From NCBI RefSeq assembly GCF_003334405.1, contig NZ_QOWM01000012.1: DNA of 64,000 nt. One strand, given 5' to 3'. Below, piece by piece: positions 37,913-49,175 of the stretch. The DNA comes from Escherichia coli (lineage in GTDB: Bacteria; Pseudomonadota; Gammaproteobacteria; Enterobacterales; Enterobacteriaceae). The notes beneath the pieces were generated by a model. That model worked only from the letters and a program-made list of their open reading frames with translations, was not told the origin of the DNA and did not search any database. Each line of letters opens with the position of its first letter. Within the stretch, counting starts at the first letter, position 1. The translations under genes and the position numbers were made by a program.

Positions 37913-38487
37913 TTAACCATCTCTTTTTCAATCAACTGGATCAGGATATGGATCACTTTAATGTGAATCTCCTGAATGCGGTCGGCATAACCAAAGTGCG
38001 GTACGCGAATTTCGATATCCGCCGTGCCAGCCATTTTGCCGCCGTCTTTACCGGTCAGGGTGATCACTTTCATTCCCTTCTCACGCGCCGCTGCGATCGC
38101 TTTGATCACGTTTGCAGAGTTACCGGAGGTGGAGATCCCCAGCAGTACATCGCCTTCGCGACCTACCGCTTCAACGTAGCGGGAGAAAATATCATTGAAA
38201 CCGAAATCATTACCGACGCAGGAAATATGACTAACGTCAGAAATAGCAATCGCCGGGTAGCCCGGACGGTTTTCACGGTAGCGACCGGTCAACTCTTCGG
38301 CAAAGTGCATAGCGTCGCAATGGGAACCGCCGTTGCCGCAGGAAAGCACTTTGCCACCGGCTTTAAAGCTGTCTGCTAACAGGACCGCCGCGCGCTGAAT
38401 GGCGTGAATATTGGCGTCATCTTTTAAAAAGTTAGCCAGCGTTTCCGCCGCTTCGTTCAGTTCGTTACGAATAAGATCCTGGTACAT
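37909..38487 (-). CDS. gmhA: Phosphoheptose isomerase (sedoheptulose-7-phosphate isomerase)
   Basis: SIS domain; 192-aa product from [17 protein letters not shown].. Confidence 0.9.
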
Positions 38488-38688
38488 GAGGATATCCTTC
38501 AGCATAAATGTAATAGACAAAATGCAGTGTACCGGATACCGCCAAAAGCGAGAAGTACGGGCAGGTGCTATGACCAGGACTTTTTGACCTGAAGTGCGGA
38601 TAAAAACAGCAACAATGTGAGCTTTGTTGTAATTATATTGTAAACATATTGCTAAATGTTTTTACATCCACTACAACCATATCATCAC

Positions 38689-38705
38689 AAGTGGTCAGAC
38701 CTCCT
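38689..38705 (+). promoter_or_regulatory. FadR operator-like site in the fadE leader
   Basis: AAGTGGTCAGACCTCCT resembles the FadR consensus AACTGGTCNGACCTGTT, just upstream of the fadE start. Confidence 0.45.
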
Positions 38706-38726
38706 ACAAGTAAGGGGCTTTTCGTT

Positions 38727-41171
38727 ATGATGATTTTGAGTATTCTCGCTACGGTTGTCCTGCTCGGCGCGTTGTTCTATCACCGCGTGAGCTTATTTAT
38801 CAGCAGTCTGATTTTGCTCGCCTGGACAGCCGCCCTCGGCGTTGCTGGTCTGTGGTCGGCGTGGGTACTGGTGCCTCTGGCCATTATCCTCGTGCCATTT
38901 AACTTTGCGCCTATGCGTAAGTCGATGATTTCCGCGCCGGTATTTCGCGGTTTCCGTAAGGTGATGCCGCCGATGTCGCGCACTGAGAAAGAAGCGATTG
39001 ATGCGGGCACCACCTGGTGGGAGGGCGACTTGTTCCAGGGCAAGCCGGACTGGAAAAAGCTGCATAACTATCCGCAGCCGCGTCTGACCGCCGAAGAGCA
39101 AGCGTTTCTCGACGGCCCGGTAGAAGAAGCCTGCCGGATGGCGAATGATTTCCAGATCACCCATGAGCTGGCGGATCTGCCGCCGGAGTTGTGGGCGTAC
39201 CTTAAAGAGCATCGTTTCTTCGCGATGATCATCAAAAAAGAGTACGGCGGGCTGGAGTTCTCGGCTTATGCCCAGTCTCGCGTGCTGCAAAAACTCTCCG
39301 GCGTGAGCGGGATCCTGGCGATTACCGTCGGCGTGCCAAACTCATTAGGCCCGGGCGAACTGTTGCAACATTACGGCACTGACGAGCAGAAAGATCACTA
39401 TCTGCCGCGTCTGGCGCGTGGTCAGGAGATCCCCTGCTTTGCACTGACCAGCCCGGAAGCGGGTTCCGATGCGGGCGCGATTCCGGACACCGGGATTGTC
39501 TGCATGGGCGAATGGCAGGGCCAGCAGGTGCTGGGGATGCGTCTGACCTGGAACAAACGCTACATTACGCTGGCACCGATTGCGACCGTGCTTGGGCTGG
39601 CGTTTAAACTCTCCGACCCGGAAAAATTACTCGGCGGTGCAGAAGATTTAGGCATTACCTGTGCGCTGATCCCAACCACCACGCCGGGCGTGGAAATTGG
39701 TCGTCGCCACTTCCCGCTGAACGTACCGTTCCAGAACGGACCGACGCGCGGTAAAGATGTCTTCGTGCCGATCGATTACATCATCGGCGGGCCGAAAATG
39801 GCCGGGCAAGGCTGGCGGATGCTGGTGGAGTGCCTCTCGGTAGGCCGCGGCATCACCCTGCCTTCCAACTCAACCGGCGGCGTGAAATCGGTAGCGCTGG
39901 CAACCGGCGCGTATGCTCACATTCGCCGTCAGTTCAAAATCTCTATTGGTAAGATGGAAGGGATTGAAGAGCCGCTGGCGCGTATTGCCGGTAATGCCTA
40001 CGTGATGGATGCTGCGGCATCGCTGATTACCTACGGCATTATGCTCGGCGAAAAACCTGCCGTGCTGTCGGCTATCGTTAAGTATCACTGTACCCACCGC
40101 GGGCAGCAGTCGATTATTGATGCGATGGATATTACCGGCGGTAAAGGCATTATGCTCGGGCAAAGCAACTTCCTGGCGCGTGCTTACCAGGGCGCACCGA
40201 TTGCCATCACCGTTGAAGGGGCTAACATTCTGACCCGCAGCATGATGATCTTCGGACAAGGAGCGATTCGTTGCCATCCGTACGTGCTGGAAGAGATGGA
40301 AGCGGCGAAGAACAATGACGTCAACGCGTTCGATAAACTGTTGTTCAAACATATCGGTCACGTCGGTAGCAACAAAGTTCGCAGCTTCTGGCTGGGCCTG
40401 ACGCGCGGTTTAACCAGCAGCACGCCAACCGGCGATGCCACTAAACGCTACTATCAGCACCTGAACCGCCTGAGCGCCAACCTCGCCCTGCTTTCTGATG
40501 TCTCGATGGCAGTGCTGGGCGGCAGCCTGAAACGTCGCGAGCGCATCTCGGCCCGTCTGGGGGATATTTTAAGCCAGCTCTACCTCGCCTCTGCCGTGCT
40601 GAAGCGTTATGACGACGAAGGCCGTAATGAAGCCGACCTGCCGCTGGTGCACTGGGGCGTACAAGATGCGCTGTATCAGGCTGAACAGGCGATGGATGAT
40701 TTACTGCAAAACTTCCCGAACCGCGTGGTTGCCGGGCTGCTGAATGTGGTGATCTTCCCGACCGGACGTCATTATCTGGCACCTTCTGACAAGCTGGATC
40801 ATAAAGTGGCGAAGATTTTACAAGTGCCGAACGCCACCCGTTCCCGCATTGGTCGCGGTCAGTACCTGACGCCGAGCGAGCATAATCCGGTTGGCTTGCT
40901 GGAAGAGGCGCTGGTGGATGTGATTGCCGCCGACCCAATTCATCAGCGGATCTGTAAAGAGCTGGGTAAAAACCTGCCGTTTACCCGTCTGGATGAACTG
41001 GCGCACAACGCGCTGGTGAAGGGGCTGATTGATAAAGATGAAGCCGCTATTCTGGTGAAAGCTGAAGAAAGCCGTCTGCGCAGTATTAACGTTGATGACT
41101 TTGATCCGGAAGAGCTGGCGACGAAGCCGGTAAAGTTGCCGGAGAAAGTGCGGAAAGTTGAAGCCGCGTAA
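38727..41171 (+). CDS. fadE: Acyl-CoA dehydrogenase
   Basis: 814-aa product from [14 protein letters not shown].. with acyl-CoA dehydrogenase domains. Confidence 0.9.
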
Positions 41172-41177
41172 ATGAAT

Positions 41178-41204
41178 AACGGAGCCGAAAGGCTCCGTTT
41201 CTTT
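41178..41204 (+). terminator. Rho-independent terminator after fadE
   Basis: ggagccgaaaggctcc hairpin followed by gtttcttt. Confidence 0.6.
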
Positions 41205-41213
41205 ATCCGCTAA

Positions 41214-41687
41214 TTATTTAAAATTAAAGCCATCCGGATGGTTTTCCAGGCTGCCGGTCAACGCCGCGAACAACACCGTTTTACCATCAATCGAAAGCGC
41301 ATCGTTCACATTCAGCCAGGTGAGTTTCTCTTGCGACGTTTTCTCATCAATAGTCGAGAACAGCCCCGTCATCTGATTAGATTTCTCGGACCACATCACA
41401 GCGATACGTTGCGAGCCACAGTCATGCGGTTTGCACGCGCTCATCACCTGATACGTCTCATCTCCCAACGTTACGGTTTGTGCGGGAGTATAAGTACCGC
41501 CTTTCATCACCCAGGCAGGCAGCTTATGCCCTTGTACCATCTGATTAAATGCAGCTTTGGTGGTTTCGCCCTTTGCAAGGCTGCTAATGGTTAAATCATC
41601 CTGCGCCATTGCACTGGTGGCGATGACCAGAGCGGCGACTGTCGTTATTGCCTTAAACATCATTCCTCCCGAGCTTATCCTGCCCAT
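41214..41687 (-). CDS. ivy: Inhibitor of vertebrate (C-type) lysozyme
   Basis: 157-aa signal-peptide ORF with the conserved CKPHDC motif. Confidence 0.85.
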   Translation of the reverse strand: MGRISSGGMMFKAITTVAALVIATSAMAQDDLTISSLAKGETTKAAFNQMVQGHKLPAWVMKGGTYTPAQTVTLGDETYQVMSACKPHDCGSQRIAVMWSEKSNQMTGLFSTIDEKTSQEKLTWLNVNDALSIDGKTVLFAALTGSLENHPDGFNFK

Positions 41688-41840
41688 GTTATTAACCTCC
41701 TAAAGCCTGGCGATAACACGATAATTTGCAAATCAGATATTTCCAATATCAGCATTTGTTATCAATTTATTCTGCGCTAAGGCAACTGCCTGATAAGGTG
41801 TTAAAGTTATAAAACCCTTCGCATAAAGGAGTTGTACACC

Positions 41841-42611
41841 GTGCCTGGTTTGAAGATTACGCTTTTGCAGCAACCACTGGTGTGGATGGATGGTCCTGCC
41901 AACCTGCGTCATTTTGATCGTCAACTGGAAGGTATTACCGGGCGCGATGTGATCGTTCTACCGGAGATGTTTACCAGCGGCTTTGCCATGGAAGCGGCAG
42001 CTTCGTCGCTAGCACAAGATGACGTAGTGAACTGGATGACAGCTAAGGCGCAGCAGTGCAATGCGCTGATTGCAGGCAGTGTTGCATTACAAACGGAGTC
42101 TGGTTCGGTTAACCGCTTTTTGCTGGTTGAGCCGGGCGGCACGGTACATTTTTATGATAAGCGTCATCTGTTCCGCATGGCAGATGAGCATCTACATTAT
42201 AAAGCGGGCAATGCGCGAGTGATTGTGGAATGGCGCGGCTGGCGTATTTTGCCGCTGGTGTGCTACGACTTACGTTTTCCTGTGTGGTCGCGCAATCTCA
42301 ACGATTATGACCTCGCCCTGTACGTCGCCAACTGGCCTGCTCCGCGCTCTCTGCACTGGCAGGCATTGCTGACGGCCCGCGCGATTGAGAATCAGGCGTA
42401 TGTGGCGGGATGCAATCGCGTCGGCAGCGATGGCAACGGCTGCCATTATCGCGGTGACAGCCGGGTGATTAATCCGCAAGGAGAGATTATCGCTACTGCC
42501 GACGCGCATCAGGCAACGCGCATTGATGCGGAGCTGTCGATGGCAGCATTGCGGGAATATAGAGAAAAGTTTCCGGCATGGCAGGATGCGGATGAGTTTA
42601 GGTTGTGGTGA
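41841..42611 (+). CDS. yafV: Nitrilase-superfamily omega-amidase
   Basis: CN-hydrolase fold (catalytic Cys in ..LPLVCYDLRFP..); GTG start at 41841. Confidence 0.85.
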   Translation: MPGLKITLLQQPLVWMDGPANLRHFDRQLEGITGRDVIVLPEMFTSGFAMEAAASSLAQDDVVNWMTAKAQQCNALIAGSVALQTESGSVNRFLLVEPGGTVHFYDKRHLFRMADEHLHYKAGNARVIVEWRGWRILPLVCYDLRFPVWSRNLNDYDLALYVANWPAPRSLHWQALLTARAIENQAYVAGCNRVGSDGNGCHYRGDSRVINPQGEIIATADAHQATRIDAELSMAALREYREKFPAWQDADEFRLW

Positions 42612-42651
42612 GTGGGGGTTGTGTTTAAGGACGGGGAGAGTCGGGGTATTA

Positions 42652-43788
42652 CTACGAAAGCCCGCTCCCCGCAAGGACTGACGCCAGGTAGTTTCTGTCC
42701 ATGGCTGCTTTTCGCATCTTACGTCTTAACCCTGCCTTGAATACCTTCTCATTCGTCAAAATATTAATAGCAATGTGCCGTATCCCTGAAAATAATTCTG
42801 CTGCGTTTCCTCTTCTTATTTTGTAGTCGTCTTCATTCATTACCACGTCCAGACGCCTGTGCAGCTTATTCTCCACGTGCCAGTGGTTTCGGATTGCTGT
42901 GGCGAACTTCTCTGCGGTTAAATCAGCAGAACTGATATAATATCTGACCGTCATTTCTGGCTCTTTCTTTTGTTCTGCTATTATTGACCGAAAGGAGACT
43001 GCCACGCATAATTTCTTCAGCCCTTTCCATTCAAACGTGAAATCAATAAGTTCATCAGGGACATCGCAAACAATATGAAGACGGATTTCTTCTCTGCCGT
43101 GACTCTTTTCACTCATTGCGTAACTGTCATGCGCTGGATTATTTAATTCTTTCAGCGGAAATTTTTCCTCAAAGGCTTTATTTAGCCGCCCCTGGTTTCC
43201 TTTTACCGCGAATAAATAATCACCTCCCTGTTTTTGTATCTTCTCTGCAATATCTTTCTGGCAACCCATCGCATCAGTTGTGATGATTTTTCCTTTAATA
43301 TCCAGCATGTTAAGAAGTTCTGGGATAGCTGTAATCTCATTAGATTTCTCATCCGTCCTGATCTGTCCGATGACCAGACTGTGCATTGTTGAGAACGCAC
43401 TAATGACATGAATCGCTCCCTTGCGGCGACTCTTGTCATAAGAATGCCGGAGTGTTTTTCCATCAATTGCGATGACGTCTTTATCATCTGAAGTATGGCA
43501 ATCTCGCATCCAGTTAATAAAGCACTCGTGAAATTTTGAAGGACTGATACAGGATACAACTCTGGCGATGGTATCGTGAACAGGAATACCATTTTCAAAA
43601 TCACCATATTGTTTTAAAAAATCGAGATGTGTTTCCCCAAAATCCTCTATATCTTCCCAGCCTTCTGCACCAGAAATAACGGCACAAATAGTCAACAGTA
43701 GAATATCCGATAATTTATGTTCCACTTTCCAGGCTTGTCTGTAATCGGGGATAATAGAAATATGTTCCATCAATTTTTTAAGTTCCAT
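42652..43788 (-). CDS. ISAs1-family (H-repeat-associated) transposase
   Basis: 378-aa ORF, apparently intact, with an H-repeat/ISAs1-type transposase sequence; the element ends were not mapped. Confidence 0.8.
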   Translation of the reverse strand: MELKKLMEHISIIPDYRQAWKVEHKLSDILLLTICAVISGAEGWEDIEDFGETHLDFLKQYGDFENGIPVHDTIARVVSCISPSKFHECFINWMRDCHTSDDKDVIAIDGKTLRHSYDKSRRKGAIHVISAFSTMHSLVIGQIRTDEKSNEITAIPELLNMLDIKGKIITTDAMGCQKDIAEKIQKQGGDYLFAVKGNQGRLNKAFEEKFPLKELNNPAHDSYAMSEKSHGREEIRLHIVCDVPDELIDFTFEWKGLKKLCVAVSFRSIIAEQKKEPEMTVRYYISSADLTAEKFATAIRNHWHVENKLHRRLDVVMNEDDYKIRRGNAAELFSGIRHIAINILTNEKVFKAGLRRKMRKAAMDRNYLASVLAGSGLS

Positions 43789-44218
43789 TTTGTTCTCCTT
43801 AATTATGTAAGGAGTATTTGATCATGTATAAGCAATAAAAAACAGCTTCAGGTAATGAGGAATATCTCAATTTTTAAACATAAAATGCGAATTATTTAGT
43901 ACAAAAAATCAGCGTTACGTGATCTTTCCCTGCCCCTGCGCTCACTACCATGGCTCTTTACCACAGCAGCCGGGGTTGTTTGGGACCGACTTCCGACAGC
44001 AGATCCCGGTGGGCCTGCCACCATCTCTTCACAAGCTTATGCTTATTACATGCAAAACGTCCCGTTTTGCATCTTTGTGCCTACGGCACACCGGTGATCT
44101 TTCCCTGATGAGGGATATATTAACTATTGAACATTAGCGCGAATTATTTAGTGCAAAAAATCAGCATCACGTGATGCTTTTCCTGCTATTAATAACCTCC
44201 TCTATTTAACTATATTTT

Positions 44219-44611
44219 TCATTGATGCAATTCGTAGATTTGAAGAAGTTCAACTGCCACATTTTTATTTTTACTATCGCAATTTTTATACCATACCCAT
44301 GCTTCCGTATTTTTTACTTTTTTTAAATCATCCATAATAAAATCCCCACCAAAAACAGTAAAATACAATGTTTCCTCATTAAAAATAAAACTCACTGCCC
44401 CCCCCTCTTTTATTTTAATTTCCGCTTCATTTGTGTTCAAATCAACTTTTTTAATTACTCCATGTAAGTTGGGTTTTGATAGTTTTTCTACGCCACCATC
44501 AGGAGCGGGTAATATACATCGTTTAAGAACTTTAGCATTTGCACATCCAATAACCCAAATTAGAATGCACACTCCCATGTTAATCGCATTAACGTGTCTT
44601 AAAACGTTCAT
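44219..44611 (-). CDS. Candidate immunity lipoprotein for the adjacent Rhs C-terminal toxin
   Basis: Small AT-rich ORF immediately downstream of and overlapping the Rhs tip; internal Met gives the signal-peptide/lipobox-like start [15 protein letters not shown]. Confidence 0.4.
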   Translation of the reverse strand: MNVLRHVNAINMGVCILIWVIGCANAKVLKRCILPAPDGGVEKLSKPNLHGVIKKVDLNTNEAEIKIKEGGAVSFIFNEETLYFTVFGGDFIMDDLKKVKNTEAWVWYKNCDSKNKNVAVELLQIYELHQ

Positions 44612-46017
44612 ATCTAATTCTCTCTCCAGGATGCGAATACATCCAACTTGTCACTTTCTTACACAACTCATCTACATCTTCATTCTGTGCACGGGTACAT
44701 CCCATAGTTGGTTTCCAGCCTTGTCGAGGAGCATAAGGATCGCGCAACGATGATCCCCCACCATGTAGCCATCTTGCTCTAGTATCTGTAGTATAGATCT
44801 TCGTTGTGCCATATGCTGCCGATATTCCTGATTCATTTGTCTCACAACCAACGACTTCACCTGTATATGGATCACCAGCACCACGTTGAGAACGACGATC
44901 AATTCTATTGCTACTATCAAAAGTCATTGAATCACCTGTTTCAGGATCATAATAAATAGTCACTCCTCCAGTCATATCAGTAAGAACAAGAGGAGTTTCA
45001 GCACCTGCCCGGTCTGGAGCGGGAGGCCCATATACACTTATAACTCGTTCTAACCCCAGTGGATCAGTGTAACGTATTGGTACCAGTGGATACGTGTATA
45101 GATTTATTCCCCCCTTCAACCCTATCGGATCCTGGGTGATATACCGCCCCTGCAACGGATCGTAGTACCGGTGACGGTTGTAATACAGTCCCGACTCCTC
45201 ATCATACTGCTGCCCCGGCAGACGGAGTGACTGTTGAAGGTGCTGCGCACTGGTTTCGCCCAGCAGGTTTCCCCATTCGTCATACTCCCCGCACCACGCC
45301 GTTTCCCCTTCCGGGCTGATAAGCGCCTGCGGCAGTCCCCGGTGGTCACAGTGGTAAAGATGAAGTTTCCTCTCCGGGATGTATTCCGCCTCCATCTGCG
45401 CGGCCATCTGTTCCGCCGTCAGCCCGCACTGCGCAAGCCATGCCTCACTCTCCGCACTCACCGCTCCCGCGCGCAGTTCCCGCTCCAGCCTCCCCAGCAT
45501 CACCGCCAGCTCCGCCGGGAGCGTCACACCCGTGTCCTCCTGCAACACCTCCGCCAGGCTCCGGTGCCGCGCCTTCGCCTGTTCGCCATTCTCTGTTTCG
45601 ATTCTGATGAGCGGCGTGAAGCTCCCCGGCTGGTATACCGTCTGGATACGCGTGGTGCCGGTCTGTACCGTCGTCAGCCTGTCACCGTCCCACCCGTACC
45701 ATGTCACCTCCGGTTTACGCGACAGCGACATCCACCCCGTCAGGTCACGCTCCCGCCGCCATACCCGTTTTCCCGTCCGGCGGCCCAGCGGGTCATAGAG
45801 GTACCGGCTCTCCACCTGTGGTTCGCCGTGCTGTATCCGCGTGTAGAACACCAGGCGGTGCTGGCTGTCGTAGTGGTAGTGGTGGGTCCGCTCGTCGTGC
45901 ATCCGTATCACCCCTTCCGGGATGCGGTCCGTCTTCTCCGCCAGCCTGCCGTATTCATCGTGGCGGTAGACATAGTGCGCATCTTCCGCGATGCGGTTAC
46001 CCGGCGTTTTCCCCGAT
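44589..46017 (-). pseudogene. Orphan Rhs C-terminal fragment: distal core, DPxGL boundary and variable C-terminal toxin domain
   Basis: ..[31 protein letters not shown] followed by a ~150-aa divergent tip; no N-terminal Rhs core; the frame stays open upstream of the track start to about 46017. Confidence 0.7.
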
Positions 46018-48511
46018 GCTGGTTGAGTGGCTTAAAGAGGGCTGGCTGCTGGCGTCGGCTGAGATGCAGCACAGCGAACTGCGCGGCGGCGTGTTGCTGC
46101 TGGCCCTGCTGCATTCGCCGCTGCGTTATATACCGCCTGCTGCCGCCCGGCTGTTGACCGGCATTAACCGTGACCGTCTGCAACAGGACTTTGTGCAGTG
46201 GACACAGGAGTCGGCGGAATCAGTCGTGCCGGATGCAGACGGTAAAGGCGCAGGCACAATGACGGACGCCTCTGACACCCTGCTTGCCCGCTATGCCAAA
46301 AACATGACCGCAGACGCCCGTAACGGCAGGCTTGACCCGGTACTGTGCCGCGACCACGAAATCGACCTGATGATCGACATTCTCTGCCGCCGCCGTAAAA
46401 ACAACCCGGTGGTGGTGGGCGAAGCGGGCGTGGGCAAAAGCGCACTGATTGAAGGGCTGGCGCTGCGCATCGTGGCAGGCCAGGTGCCGGACAAGCTGAA
46501 AAACACCGATATCATGACCCTTGACTTGGGCGCATTGCAGGCCGGGGCGTCGGTGAAGGGTGAATTCGAAAAACGTTTCAAAGGGCTGATGGCGGAGGTC
46601 ATTTCCTCCCCGGTGCCGGTCATTCTGTTTATCGACGAAGCACATACCCTGATTGGCGCGGGCAACCAGCAGGGCGGGCTGGATATCTCCAACCTGCTCA
46701 AACCGGCGCTGGCGCGCGGCGAGCTGAAAACCATCGCCGCCACCACCTGGAGCGAGTACAAAAAATACTTCGAAAAAGATGCCGCCCTGTCGCGCCGCTT
46801 CCAGTTGGTGAAGGTCAGCGAACCCAACGCTGCCGAAGCCACCATTATTCTGCGCGGTCTGTCGGCGGTCTATGAACAGTCTCACGGCGTGCTGATTGAT
46901 GATGACGCCTTGCAGGCCGCTGCGACATTAAGCGAGCGTTATCTCTCCGGGCGTCAGTTACCGGACAAAGCGATTGATGTGCTGGATACCGCCTGCGCCC
47001 GTGTGGCCATCAACCTGTCGTCGCCGCCGAAGCAAATCTCGGCGCTGACCACTCTGAGCCACCAGCAGGAGGCGGAAATTCGCCAGCTTGAGCGCGAGCT
47101 TCGCATCGGACTGCGTACCGACACATCACGGATGACAGAGGTGCTGGTGCAGTATGATGAAACGCTGACGGCGCTGGATGAACTGGAAGCGGCCTGGCAC
47201 CAGCAGCAGACGCTGGTCCGGGAGATTATCGCGCTGCGCCAGCAGTTACTGGGCGTGGCAGAGGACGATGCGGCGCCGTTGCCGGACGCAGATACCGTGG
47301 AGGATACGCAGCCAGAGTCAGAGTCAGAACAGGATAATACCGGTGCCGTACCGGCTGATGAGGCCGACAGAGAACAACCGGAAGAGACCGCTGAAACAGT
47401 TTCCCCGGTACAGCGGCTGGCCCAGCTCACTGCCGAACTGGACGCCCTGCATAACGACCGGTTGCTGGTCTCCCCGCACGTCGATAAAAAACAGATTGCG
47501 GCGGTGATTGCCGAATGGACCGGCGTGCCGCTCAACCGCCTGTCGCAGAATGAAATGTCGGTCATCACCGACCTGACGAAATGGCTGGGTGACACCATCA
47601 AAGGCCAGGACCTGGCGATTGCCAGCCTGCATAAGCATCTACTGACCGCACGCGCCGACCTGCGTCGTCCGGGACGCCCGCTCGGTGCGTTCCTGCTGGC
47701 TGGCCCCAGCGGTGTGGGTAAAACCGAAACCGTCCTGCAACTGGCAGAGCTGCTCTACGGCGGTCGCCAGTACCTGACCACCATCAATATGTCCGAATTC
47801 CAGGAGAAACACACCGTCTCGCGGCTGATTGGTTCGCCTCCGGGCTACGTTGGCTACGGTGAAGGCGGCGTACTGACCGAAGCGATTCGTCAGAAACCCT
47901 ACTCGGTAGTACTGCTCGATGAAGTGGAAAAAGCGCACCCGGATGTGCTCAACCTGTTCTACCAGGCGTTCGATAAGGGCGAAATGGCAGACGGTGAAGG
48001 CCGCCTGATTGACTGCAAAAATATCGTCTTCTTCCTGACGTCCAACCTCGGCTACCAGGTAATAGTCGAGCATGCCGATGACCCGGAAACCATGCAGGAA
48101 GTACTGTATCCGGTGCTGGCCGACTTCTTCAAACCTGCCCTGCTGGCGCGTATGGAAGTGGTGCCGTATCTGCCGCTGTCGAAAGAGACGCTCGCCACCA
48201 TTATCGCCGGAAAACTGGCCCGTCTGGATAACGTGCTGCGCAGTCGCTTTGGTGCAGAAGTGGTCATTGAACCGGAAGTGACGGACGAAATCATGAGCCG
48301 CGTCACCCGCGCGGAAAACGGCGCGAGGATGCTGGAATCGGTCATCGATGGCGACATGCTACCGCCGCTCTCGCTGCTGCTGTTGCAGAAAATGGCGGCT
48401 AACACGGCGATTGCCCGGATTCGGTTGTCGGCAGTGGACGGCGCATTTACGGCAGACGTGGAAGATGCTCAGAACGACGAGTCCGTCACAAAGGATGAAA
48501 CGGTTTTATGA
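46017..48511 (+). pseudogene. clpV: 5'-truncated ClpV/TssH (type VI secretion AAA+ ATPase)
   Basis: Two AAA+ modules (GEAGVGKS.. and GPSGVGKT..) preceded by only part of the N domain; the first ~100 codons of the track ORF are antisense to the Rhs fragment. Confidence 0.7.
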
Positions 48512-49170
48512 GCAGGTTGCGCGTTTTCCGGCAGACAGGATGGTTTATCGCGGGCCTGATGACGGGCTTACCCGCCACTGCCGCGCCCGCAGAAGCATCG
48601 TCAATGGCCGGTGTGGCGGTCGCCGTCGCCACCACGACCCCGCCGGATGCGACAGCCACGTTACAGGCCATACAGTCCTGTCGGCGGGAGTCCGCGGCGC
48701 TGGAGCGGCTTGACTGCTATGACCGCCTGCTGGCACCGCTGTCCCCGTCAGGGTTTGACGGGGCGCTGGTCAAAGCCGGTTTTGTGGGCGAGGCCTGGAC
48801 CCGCGCCACAGAGCAGGAAAAACGCCGCGAGGGCAACACCACAGAACTGCTGGTGACGCAGGTGCCGGGGGAGCGCCCGACGGTGGTGATAACCACCCCG
48901 GCTATCGGTCATGTTCCGCCACGCCCGGTGCTGATGTTCAGTTGCGTGGACAATATCACCCGGATGCAGGTGGCGCTGATGCACCCTCTGGATGTCCATG
49001 ATATCGCCGTCACTCTGAATGCCGACAACCGGGCATTGCGCAGCCACTGGTTTGTGCGCGAGAACGGCACCCTGCTGGAGTCCAGCCGGGGGTTATCCGG
49101 GATTGATGAAATTAAGCAACTGTTCGGCGCAAAAACGCTGACGGTGGATACCAGGGACGACGTATCGGGC
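48508..49170 (+). CDS. VasI-like T6SS-associated periplasmic protein; 3' end appears fused to the tssM fragment
   Basis: Signal peptide and a ..AALERLDCYDRLL.. motif; start overlaps the clpV stop (ATGA); the reading frame switches into tssM-homologous sequence near 49170. Confidence 0.4.
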
Positions 49171-49175
49171 CTTAT

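Noticed and set aside
45701-46016. 5' extension of the clpV ORF (the first ~105 codons of the 936-aa track ORF)
   Set aside because: This segment is the antisense of the Rhs fragment and shows no ClpV N-domain similarity; ClpV homology starts near 46017, so clpV is treated as 5'-truncated rather than full length.
45234-46157. 307-aa ORF on the + strand overlapping the Rhs fragment
   Set aside because: Pro/Arg-rich antisense frame of the Rhs coding sequence; the Rhs reading on the minus strand carries the conserved DPxGL motifs.
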